This document shows, one piece after another, positions 19,697 through 28,273 of a stretch of DNA of 64,000 nt. The notes under the pieces are model-generated. The model saw only the letters and a program-made list of their open reading frames with translations, was not told the DNA's origin and did no database searches. This stretch comes from Candidatus Poribacteria bacterium (lineage in GTDB: Bacteria > Poribacteria > WGA-4E > PCPOR2b): NCBI GenBank assembly GCA_965208325.1, contig OZ242326.1, positions 800,001 through 864,000 on the forward strand, given 5' to 3'. Numbering within the stretch: the first letter of the stretch is position 1; each line of letters starts with the position of its first letter. A program made the translations under genes and the position numbers.

Positions 19697-19725
19697 ATTA
19701 TAGCAGACTGAAAGAGTCAAGTCAA
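19697..19725 (-). promoter_or_regulatory. Putative sigma70 promoter of mqnD
   Basis: Minus strand TTGACT-17 nt-TATAAT with an extended TGn. Confidence 0.65.
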
Positions 19726-20203
19726 GGCTTGGCTAAACCGGAAGGCTCGCAATCGAGGAAAAGATCGATCTATTCCTCAGCCTGAATTAGGCAATTGTTT
19801 AAGCGCGGTTAGATTAGGGGTTTTGTGCTCAAGTATGAAACCGCACCTACCCTTAAGCGGTCATTCTGTGCAAACTATGCCCCTCTCGGATGAATTCGTT
19901 ACACTTCCCATACAAAAATGAGTTCAGAATACCTGAGATGGTAGATTAGCGTGAGAATTTGAGGGCGGATTGGGTTGCCCGAAGGACTTACGCCGTTATC
20001 AACAAATTGCTAATCTAACATAACATGGACACTGCCGTTTTTTGAACCTGCGCTTGTTCGCGATTCGTTAATGAGTATGTGGACAGTGTTGCAAATATTT
20101 CTGTTAACTGAACCGCAATCCACTCAGAAGGATCGAGGAAACAGAAGATGGCCACCATAGCGTTCCAATAAAGGTACGAATCGTCAACAACAGCGGCATT
20201 TTT

Positions 20204-21475
20204 ATGAAAAATATTGAAAATTCATCTCAACCTCATGAAAAACACAACTTCACTGTATTTGTTGTGAATCAGGTATTGGGGCGCATTGGCTGGATATTTA
20301 AGAACGAAACTGTAATCATCCCGCGATTCTTCGATTTTCACAGCTCGTTGGGCGTCATGCGTGGGTTGCTCCCACTAATCATTGGAGTCGGGCAAAGTTT
20401 GCCGCAGTTTCTCATTGCATACCCTGTTTCAAAGATGACTAGAAAAAAGGGCGTGTTCACACTTTCTGCATTTGGCATCGCCATCCCTTGGTTTATTTTG
20501 GCGGTGATATTAGAATGGACAGATTACGCTGGACCTGCCATCATTGGTTTTTTTTTGGTTTCGCACTCACTAAGCTGGTTAATGCAGGGCTGCAATGGCC
20601 TTGCGGTGGGCGTCCTGCAGGGAAAGCTAATTCGTATCGATCAACGTGGTCGGCTTTTAGCTTATGACAACAGTATCGGGTGTCTCCTCGCAATCGCTGC
20701 TTTTTGGCTGGTCATGCCGTATTGGCTTAGAGAAGGAAATACAAACTATGTGTGGATATTCGGCACCGCCGGGTGCTTCTTCGGTCTATCCGCATGCGCC
20801 AGTTTCTATTTTCGGGAAACGCCTGATTGGTATTCTTGGGATTCTGCCGATTCATCGGCTTCTCCCACTCTTTCAAAGTTTCTTGGTTCCGGATTGATGC
20901 TAATACGATATGACCGAAACATTCAAATATTGGCGATTGTTATCATGTTGTTCTATTTTGCTCGGGTGCTTGTCCCGCACTACACGGTATTTGGGATGCG
21001 GAGATTAGGGTTGGCACCAGAGAATTTTTTCACAATAATCACGGTACAGAATATCGCAAACGCGCTCGGTTATTGGGCGATAGGTAACATAGCCGACCGA
21101 AGAGGCAACCGAATCGTGTTGCGCATGGTAATATTCATTGGTGCTTTTGCCCCGTTCGTAGCAATTGTTATCAGCCGGTTGCCCAATGGAGCGGACTTGT
21201 ATTGGTTTGTGTACGCTTTTCTGGGATTCTTTCCGACATCGTACCGTGTTGTGATGAACTATACGCTTGAGATCGCGCCGCGTGAAAGGCACGCACAATA
21301 TTTGGGAGTGATAAATCTAATTCAAGCTTGCTCGCTGATTGCATCGCCGTTGATTGGACTATTAATTGATGGATTCTCTTTTGAACCGGTATTTATCTCC
21401 TGCGGCATATTGGCGCTTTCGGCGGCATTGCTGACTTTCCGGATGACGGACCCCAGGCACTCTCGTTTTCTTTAG
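20204..21475 (+). CDS. MFS transporter
   Basis: About 12 TM helices and a GNIADRRGNR MFS motif A. Confidence 0.88.
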   Translation: MKNIENSSQPHEKHNFTVFVVNQVLGRIGWIFKNETVIIPRFFDFHSSLGVMRGLLPLIIGVGQSLPQFLIAYPVSKMTRKKGVFTLSAFGIAIPWFILAVILEWTDYAGPAIIGFFLVSHSLSWLMQGCNGLAVGVLQGKLIRIDQRGRLLAYDNSIGCLLAIAAFWLVMPYWLREGNTNYVWIFGTAGCFFGLSACASFYFRETPDWYSWDSADSSASPTLSKFLGSGLMLIRYDRNIQILAIVIMLFYFARVLVPHYTVFGMRRLGLAPENFFTIITVQNIANALGYWAIGNIADRRGNRIVLRMVIFIGAFAPFVAIVISRLPNGADLYWFVYAFLGFFPTSYRVVMNYTLEIAPRERHAQYLGVINLIQACSLIASPLIGLLIDGFSFEPVFISCGILALSAALLTFRMTDPRHSRFL

Positions 21476-22075
21476 TCAAAATAATTCTTGCAATGCCTTT
21501 TCATAAATTGCTTTTTCGCCCTGCGCCCCGTCAAACACTTGCACGACTCTACCAACGCGATTAATGAGGTACGCAGAAGGTATAGCTGTAAGTTTGTATT
21601 CCTCGACAATACCGGGCTCAGCCAGCAGAATGGTATAGTTTACCCCCAGTCTCTCAATGAATGGTTTTACGACTTCAAGCCCCTCTTCATCAAGAGAAAT
21701 ACCGAGCATCTCAAACCCTTGCGCGCGATATCGGTCGTAGAGTTCGACGAAAATGGGAATCTCCTCTTCGCACGGTTTACACCAGGTTGCCCAGAAATCC
21801 AAAAGGACGATTTTACCCTCATAGTCCGAAAGGCTGACTTCTTCAAACTCGGTGCTTGCCAAAGTAAAAGCGGGAGCAAGCGGAAAAGATTCGTCAACGG
21901 CGAGTCCGGGCTCCATCGTGTCGTCACCATTAACCGCATTACCATTTGTCATTTTTTCATCATCCGGGTCCACTACCTTGTCCGTATCAGAACAACCCAT
22001 AACCACTAGAACCCAGAGAACCAGAGAGAAAATACTCAACAATCTTGAACACATGCGTCGCCTCCCAATAAGCAT
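21476..22075 (-). CDS. TlpA/ResA-family thiol:disulfide oxidoreductase lipoprotein
   Basis: VMGC lipobox, APAFTL, VLLDFWATWCKPC and cis-Pro AIPSAYL. Confidence 0.9.
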   Translation of the reverse strand: MLIGRRRMCSRLLSIFSLVLWVLVVMGCSDTDKVVDPDDEKMTNGNAVNGDDTMEPGLAVDESFPLAPAFTLASTEFEEVSLSDYEGKIVLLDFWATWCKPCEEEIPIFVELYDRYRAQGFEMLGISLDEEGLEVVKPFIERLGVNYTILLAEPGIVEEYKLTAIPSAYLINRVGRVVQVFDGAQGEKAIYEKALQELF

Positions 22076-22188
22076 TTCTACTTGTTAAATTATATCCCCA
22101 AAGATGCTAAGATTACGACATTTTATTTGGATGCAAAACAGGGACTTGATTCACCGGTAAAACTAACGCCTCCCAATTCAAGACCCGC

Positions 22189-23127
22189 TTACCCACGTAA
22201 CCGTAATATGGTCCCATTTGCTCCGACAATCCAGCCTCGATTCTTATAGAGGCAAATATCAAGCAGGTTTTGTTTTGCGATGTTCGGTTGCGGTGCCCAA
22301 ATTTGTCCACCATCGGTTGTGTGCAATATCAATCCATGTTCTCCCACGGCCCATCCCTTTCGATCATTGTGAAACGCGACAGCCCGTAAAGATTTCCTAG
22401 TATTGCTTTTTTGCAGCGTCCAGGTCGCTCCACCATCCACCGTGTTCAATATCAAGCCGTTCACGCCGACAATCCACCCGTTCTGCACATCGGCAAAAAA
22501 GACACTGAACAGTGGTTCTTCCGTGTTGCTCTCCTGTTCGCGCCAGGATGCGCCGCCGTTTGACGTAAAAGCGACTTTGCCTTGCTCTCCGACGATCCAT
22601 CCATTCTGATCGTCAACAAAATTCACCGCCCATGCGTGCACGCCCGTCGGCGATTGCTGATTTTCCCACCGACGTCCGCCGTTGTTCGTGTAGAGAATAG
22701 TACCACTGCCTCCAACTGTCCAACCTTCAGCCGGACTTACGAAGTAGAGGTCCAACAAACCAGCCTGCTTGGCATTGGCTTGTCTTGTCCAAGTCTTGCC
22801 GCCGCTTGCTGTATAGAAAATTTGTCCCACTGCATTGACAACCCAGCCGTGGGTTGAGCTTGTAAAATGCACGTTATTAATTACAGATTTGGAATTTGCG
22901 TCGTTAACCGGCCGAATTGCCCACGTCGCGCCGCCGTCCGTGGTGGCTAAAACCACACTGTCCGCACCGACTGCCCATCCTCTCTGGTTATCCACAAAAT
23001 GGACACCATATAAGTGAGCATCTGTTCCCGATTCAGCGAATTCCCAACGAATTCCCGTTTTATCTCGATCGCAAGCGGTATGGACGATTATACCAGTCAA
23101 CACTATCAATGCCGCGCAATGTTTCAT
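22189..23127 (-). CDS. YCF48-related BNR/Asp-box beta-propeller lipoprotein
   Basis: Seven repeats of V.F.D...GW.VG..G.IL.T.DGG.TW and a TAC lipobox. Confidence 0.9.
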   Translation of the reverse strand: MKHCAALIVLTGIIVHTACDRDKTGIRWEFAESGTDAHLYGVHFVDNQRGWAVGADSVVLATTDGGATWAIRPVNDANSKSVINNVHFTSSTHGWVVNAVGQIFYTASGGKTWTRQANAKQAGLLDLYFVSPAEGWTVGGSGTILYTNNGGRRWENQQSPTGVHAWAVNFVDDQNGWIVGEQGKVAFTSNGGASWREQESNTEEPLFSVFFADVQNGWIVGVNGLILNTVDGGATWTLQKSNTRKSLRAVAFHNDRKGWAVGEHGLILHTTDGGQIWAPQPNIAKQNLLDICLYKNRGWIVGANGTILRLRG

Positions 23128-23311
23128 CTAGTTTTGCCTCCTCGGCCATTTTTCTTAAATTGTTCCGATTAGATGTACAAATTAACTGGCAAATTAAGCA
23201 GTGGCTTTGCGCGAGCTCATCCAGGACACCATAGACCTTATCTTTTTGTTACGAGTTCGCGCAAAATGATTCGAGAAAAACAAGTCAGCAGTCAGGAAAC
23301 TGGAATTTGTG

Positions 23312-23340
23312 TTGACAAACCAACTTGCGTATGCTATGCT
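23312..23340 (+). promoter_or_regulatory. Strong sigma70-like promoter
   Basis: TTGACA-17 nt-TATGCT with an extended TGn. Confidence 0.75.
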
Positions 23341-23346
23341 ATCACC

Positions 23347-23487
23347 ATCTCAATAAGCGAAAGGGGGTGATCATTCTGTCATTTAGCGGAATGGTCAAGG
23401 GAGGTGCGGCCTCTTGAGGGGCCGTCCCTCCCTTGACTATTAATCCAGCTACAAGGCGGGGCTAATTTTTAGCCCCGCTTTTTATTT
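23347..23487 (+). ncRNA. Putative ~140-nt small RNA or dapB leader RNA of unknown family
   Basis: Bounded by a promoter and an intrinsic terminator. It contains an extended SD-like tract GAAAGGGGGTGATC (23359-23372) and a ~23-bp hairpin (23391-23440). Confidence 0.55.
23453..23487 (+). terminator. Rho-independent terminator
   Basis: GCGGGGCTAA-TTT-TTAGCCCCGC stem followed by TTTTTATTT. Confidence 0.85.
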
Positions 23488-23583
23488 CGAGTTACACATA
23501 ACGGCAATTACGCCACGCTTCAAAAATGTTGAAAGCATGATTGGGTAAACATCTCATCACGTATGGACAAGGAAGAACGCAAG

Positions 23584-24381
23584 ATGATTCGCGTAATTAT
23601 AGATGGTGTGTGTGGACGAATGGGCAAACTGCTGGCGCAGGGTGTGACCCGGCACAAGGACATGCAACTTGTCGGTTCGGTAGAATTTGCCGGACACCCC
23701 AATGTCGGTGAAGATGCTGGCGAGAAGTTGGGAATAGGGTGGCTCGGCGTACCCATAAGCGGGAACCTTTCTGAAGTTGTCAGTGACAGCGATGTTGTCA
23801 TCGAATTTACCAAACCTGAAGCGACCCTTAATAACCTCCGAACAGTAGTTGAAGCAAACCGGGCGATGGTAATTGGAACAACCGGTTTTACGGTCAATCA
23901 ACTCGCCGAAATACAAGCAATAGCGGCGGCAATCCGCTGTGTGATGGCGCCAAATATGAGTGTCGGCGTCAATGTAATGTTACAAGCGATTCAGCTAGTC
24001 GCAAAGGCGCTCGGTGATGATTACGATGTTGAGGTCATTGAGGCGCACCATAACCAAAAGGTAGACGCTCCAAGCGGGACAGCGATTCGCATCGCAGAAA
24101 CCCTATCCGCCACTCTTGACAGAAGTCTACCCGAAGCGGCAGTTTACGGCCGCCATGGGATTATTGGGGAGCGTACAGAAAAGGAGATTGGGATACACGC
24201 CATTCGAGGCGGGGATATCGCTGGCGACCACACAGTACTCTTCGCTGGAGCAGGCGAGCGAATTGAAATTGTGCATCGCGCACACACGGCCGAAGCTTTT
24301 GCGAAAGGGGCAATCCGTGCAGCAAGGTGGGTCGTAGCGGCACCGCCGGGATTGCACGATATTGGTGAAGTATTGTTTTGA
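23584..24381 (+). CDS. dapB: 4-hydroxy-tetrahydrodipicolinate reductase
   Basis: GVCGRMG, VIGTTG, APNMSVGVN, EAHHNQKVDAPSGTA and FAKGAIRAA motifs. Confidence 0.96.
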   Translation: MIRVIIDGVCGRMGKLLAQGVTRHKDMQLVGSVEFAGHPNVGEDAGEKLGIGWLGVPISGNLSEVVSDSDVVIEFTKPEATLNNLRTVVEANRAMVIGTTGFTVNQLAEIQAIAAAIRCVMAPNMSVGVNVMLQAIQLVAKALGDDYDVEVIEAHHNQKVDAPSGTAIRIAETLSATLDRSLPEAAVYGRHGIIGERTEKEIGIHAIRGGDIAGDHTVLFAGAGERIEIVHRAHTAEAFAKGAIRAARWVVAAPPGLHDIGEVLF

Positions 24382-24414
24382 CAAACAAATGGTTGAGTGA
24401 CATGTTTTACGACT

Positions 24415-25122
24415 TCAACTGGGGTCAATCATTTTGGGGTTTGGAGGTGACGATTTTACACCTTTCTGCAGATGTTCCTGTTTATCCCGTAATTTTGCGA
24501 TTGAGTGCATAATAAGTTCTCCGATACGCCGCTGAGCTTCTCGTCTGTCCACAATTCCGAGAATCTTTTTGAAATCTATGGGCTGACCAAATGTAACGGA
24601 AAGTTTCGCCGGTTTCAACCATTTCGCATCGCGGGGCATCATCTGTTCCGCCCCCTTAAGAAAGACAGGAATTGTAGGGACATTAGCGCGATAAGCGATG
24701 AAACTCGCACCACCGAGCGCCTTGCCCAAGACGCCGCCAACACCGCGTGTACCTTCGGGAAAGATGAGAACGGCCTTGCCCATCTTCAAAAGTGACAACG
24801 TGTGTTTGAGAGCGGCTCGATCGGCTGCCCCTCGATGCACAGGGTAAGCATTTAGCGCGGTAATTAGCCAACTTAGTCCCGGAATCCTAAACACGTCGTG
24901 CCTAGCCATATAATGGAGTTCTCGGTTGGCAGCAGTTCCAATAATGACAGGGTCGGGGAGGCTAACGTGATTCGACACCAAAAGAACGCCGCCTTGCATC
25001 GGAACATTCTCACTGCCGTAGGATTCAAGTTTTCCCAAGGCATTGAAGAAAAATGTGGTTATTCGGTGTGACCGACGGTACACAGGTTGATCTGACCGAA
25101 AGCTGTATTTCCGCCGTTGCAT
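24415..25122 (-). CDS. plsC: 1-acyl-sn-glycerol-3-phosphate acyltransferase
   Basis: NHVSLPD (HxxxxD) and IFPEGTR motifs; follows cmk. Confidence 0.9.
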   Translation of the reverse strand: MQRRKYSFRSDQPVYRRSHRITTFFFNALGKLESYGSENVPMQGGVLLVSNHVSLPDPVIIGTAANRELHYMARHDVFRIPGLSWLITALNAYPVHRGAADRAALKHTLSLLKMGKAVLIFPEGTRGVGGVLGKALGGASFIAYRANVPTIPVFLKGAEQMMPRDAKWLKPAKLSVTFGQPIDFKKILGIVDRREAQRRIGELIMHSIAKLRDKQEHLQKGVKSSPPNPKMIDPS

Positions 25123-25796
25123 TATAGACCTCGAATTCGCCCTAGTACAAAATCAACGACTTGATCGATGGTCATATCGGTTGTGTTGACAACGATAGCA
25201 TCTTCGGCAGTTCGAAGGGGGCTATGTTCACGGGAGCAATCCTTGGTATCCCGGTCACAAATTTCCTCTTGTATCCCGTTTAGCGTAGCATCAATCCCTT
25301 TAGCTTGCAGTTCAGCAAACCGTCGTCTTGCACGTGCTTCAACCGAGGCGGTCAAAAAAAATTTGTAGTCCGCATTCGGGAACACAACTGTAGTAACGTC
25401 GCGACCCTCCGCGACAATCGAAATATCCGCACCAATTCTGCGCTGCTGTTTGACAATTTCTTGACGCAATTCGGGGATCTTTGAAACATCGGATACCACA
25501 CTGTTAATTTCTGGCGTTCGAATTGCATCTGAGACATCCTCGCCATCAAGCAATGCAATCTTTCCGTTCTCAGCGAAATTGATTTTACACGATTTCACCA
25601 GCCTTATTAACTCCGGTACATTTGCCCAATCTACCCCAGTGCGAATTGAATGCAGGGTCACCGAGCGGTACATCGCACCGGAATCAAGGTAGAGACAATT
25701 CAATTTTTCAGCGAGGCGTCGAGCAACTGTGCTCTTGCCTGAGCCAGCAGGTCCATCAATTGCAACCGTCAAGTGTTTGATTGTCTTACCTCCCAA
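25122..25796 (-). CDS. cmk: Cytidylate kinase
   Basis: AIDGPAGSGKST, LDSGAMYR and EGRDVTTVVFP motifs. Confidence 0.96.
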   Translation of the reverse strand: MGGKTIKHLTVAIDGPAGSGKSTVARRLAEKLNCLYLDSGAMYRSVTLHSIRTGVDWANVPELIRLVKSCKINFAENGKIALLDGEDVSDAIRTPEINSVVSDVSKIPELRQEIVKQQRRIGADISIVAEGRDVTTVVFPNADYKFFLTASVEARARRRFAELQAKGIDATLNGIQEEICDRDTKDCSREHSPLRTAEDAIVVNTTDMTIDQVVDFVLGRIRGL

Positions 25797-26689
25797 GCGT
25801 CCCGAATGGATTTGGACGCTATTAGGATACGTTCAATCTCACCTGCGTCGCCATTTTCGAGGAGCGATTTAAATTGGGCAAGGTTCTCAATGACGGTATC
25901 AATCATCGGTTGCAGTGCAGGGGCGTTTTGCATAAAAATGCCTCTCCAAATCTCCGGCGAACCCGATGCAATACGTGTAGTGTCACGGAAACCGCTTGCT
26001 GCGTAGTCCGATGCACAAACTGAATCACCTTCTATTTCCGCCACCGTCTTCGTCAAAATTGACGCAATCAGGTGTGGAAGATGGCTGGCGCCTGCGATGA
26101 GATGGTCGTGCAGATTTGGATCGAGCAGATGTACATTTGCCCCAACAAACTTCCATAGTTCGACAACACATGCTAACGCCTGTGAATCGGTGTTCTCAGT
26201 TGGGGTTACGATGCATTTCGCTCCATTGAATAGATCGGCACGCGCCGCAGCGACTCCAGTTTTTTCCGATCCTGCCATTGGATGGGATCCGACGAATTGC
26301 ACGCATTTAGATTTTTCGACTTGCAGGAAACTATTGACTTCTTTAATGATCTGCCCTTTGACGCCAGCGACATCGGTGACACACAAGGTGGCTGCGTCAT
26401 CCCTGACACGCTTGGCGCAGTCTGAGATACGCCGCACGGTATCGGATACACAATCCACCGGAGTCCCAATGATGACCAAATCTGTTTCACGGATGGCTGT
26501 AGAGATTTCTGTTGTAGCACGGTCAATGGCGTTGTATTGGAGAGCGACTTCTAGTGTGCTCATCCGCCTTCCGAGCCCGGTGATTGTTCCTCGGAATCCT
26601 CTGGCTTTCAAGGCCAATCCGAGTGAGCCGCCAATCAGGCCGGCGCCAAAGATTGTAATATTTCGAATCTTCCGAAAGTCATCAGCCAT
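25769..26689 (-). CDS. tyrA: Prephenate/arogenate dehydrogenase
   Basis: GAGLIGGS, GSHPMAGSE, HD..A..SHLPH and GFRDTTRIA motifs. Confidence 0.94.
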   Translation of the reverse strand: MADDFRKIRNITIFGAGLIGGSLGLALKARGFRGTITGLGRRMSTLEVALQYNAIDRATTEISTAIRETDLVIIGTPVDCVSDTVRRISDCAKRVRDDAATLCVTDVAGVKGQIIKEVNSFLQVEKSKCVQFVGSHPMAGSEKTGVAAARADLFNGAKCIVTPTENTDSQALACVVELWKFVGANVHLLDPNLHDHLIAGASHLPHLIASILTKTVAEIEGDSVCASDYAASGFRDTTRIASGSPEIWRGIFMQNAPALQPMIDTVIENLAQFKSLLENGDAGEIERILIASKSIRDAWEVRQSNT

Positions 26690-26870
26690 ATTATGCGTAG
26701 GTGTTTTGACCTGTCAACTGGGCGGGTCTGTGTAAAGACAAACCAGCAATTTCTCGGGAGATCGGTTTCCTTCCTGCTGTAAGAAGTCCTGAAATCAACG
26801 CGCTTGAATGAGTCCATCTCAAGCTGCAGCGTCAAAACTAAAACTCTTATAGATTGTTACTGGTGCTGGC

Positions 26871-26899
26871 ATTATATCATTCTGGTGATACCGTGTCAA
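26871..26899 (-). promoter_or_regulatory. Consensus sigma70 promoter of tyrA-cmk-plsC
   Basis: Minus strand reads a perfect TTGACA-17 nt-TATAAT with an extended TGn. Confidence 0.8.
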
Positions 26900-27148
26900 C
26901 CACAAACCTTTTCGTGAAAGTGTTGAGAGATGTGCAGAACCGTGCGGCTTTAGAGACCGCGGCCGCCCACCCAATGGAAGTAACCTACAACTTCATGGGA
27001 TACTCACTGGTGTTGCTGTCAGCGAAATTTTGACGGCGCAACACCATGGTCACATTGTGAAGAATTAAGGTCGGATAATACGAGGAATCTAACTCCAGGG
27101 AGGAGGGCGGGGAGGAAATGACACACGCGAGAAATTGTACTTCGAGTC

Positions 27149-28210
27149 TTACTCAGGTATTTGGATTTGCAAGTCTTCTTGAATGCTCTTAATTGCTGCG
27201 AGAATGCCCGGATCTGGATAAAGCTGATAGGCGTTTTGGTATGCTTCAAGGGCGGATTCTGGCTCCTGGAGGAAACCAAGATTAATCTCTCCCATTTGCC
27301 GCCATGCATCAACTTGGTTTGCATCGAGTTCGACAATTTGTTCATATATTTCGAGTGCTTCCCCGTAAAACCGAACATCTCCCTCACCCCGCTCAAGACT
27401 TTGTGCTTGAACGTAGAGCAAATCAATAAGGTCGTCTTTAGCGTCGGTAAAGTTAGGTTCTTGAGCCACAGCTTCCTTGAGCAGCTCAATAGCCTTATCC
27501 GTTAACTCTCCAATTTCAGAAAGTTCTTCGGCTGACAGGGCGCGGCCGCCATAGGTGTAATCATGTACAATGCGCCTATAGGTCCGAGATAGTTGCAGGC
27601 GAGCGAGCAATCCAAACGGCGCCGATTCAAACGGCAATGGAACTAATTCGGCGTCATTTTCGATAGCCTGTCTGTAGTAGTGAATGGCTTCCTTGTATTG
27701 CTGGGCGCCTTGATATAACAACCCTAAGGTATAGTGTGCTTCGGAATTAGTTGGGTCCTTTTCGAGCACATGAAGCAACGCTTCCGTAGCAGCAGCTTTT
27801 TCGCCATACCCGTATAGCAACTTTCCACGAAGTAGATGCACACCAATATGATTCGGCTGCTCCTTTGCTACACGTTCAAGGTGTGCTTCTGCATCTTCGT
27901 TCCAGTTGCTGTGAAAGTAGATCTCAGCGACACGCAAGTGGGCATGCAACAGGCTTTTTTCCAATTGATTCCCTGTGTCTGACCGTCCTTCCTTTGCATT
28001 TTCAATCGAATTTATTGCACCCCAGTAGGCGACCAACGCTTTCACTAAATCCTGTTTGGCGAAGTAGGCATCGCCGCGTTCCATTAACGATTGCGCTTGC
28101 GCTATAGGCTGTGGATTTTCCTCGGTGCCAGCTACTTTTACATGCAGAAACATCAGGACGAAAAATAACGCTAAGACCATTGTTTCAAGGTATAGCAACC
28201 ATTTTTTCAT
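27149..28210 (-). CDS. Exported TPR-repeat protein
   Basis: N-terminal signal/TM and repeated TPR motifs (AHYTLGLLY...EAIHYYRQAIE). Confidence 0.85.
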   Translation of the reverse strand: MKKWLLYLETMVLALFFVLMFLHVKVAGTEENPQPIAQAQSLMERGDAYFAKQDLVKALVAYWGAINSIENAKEGRSDTGNQLEKSLLHAHLRVAEIYFHSNWNEDAEAHLERVAKEQPNHIGVHLLRGKLLYGYGEKAAATEALLHVLEKDPTNSEAHYTLGLLYQGAQQYKEAIHYYRQAIENDAELVPLPFESAPFGLLARLQLSRTYRRIVHDYTYGGRALSAEELSEIGELTDKAIELLKEAVAQEPNFTDAKDDLIDLLYVQAQSLERGEGDVRFYGEALEIYEQIVELDANQVDAWRQMGEINLGFLQEPESALEAYQNAYQLYPDPGILAAIKSIQEDLQIQIPE

Positions 28211-28273
28211 ACAGATTCCCCATAATCAATACAACGCAATTTAAGGTTCCAGAATTGACGCAGGTCATCTCTA

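Noticed and set aside
22189..23127. Photosynthesis gene (Ycf48)
   Set aside because: Ycf48-like propellers are widespread in non-phototrophs and no photosystem genes are present.
23347..23487. Lysine riboswitch upstream of dapB
   Set aside because: Too short and lacks the multi-helix L-box architecture. I kept it as an unknown RNA instead.
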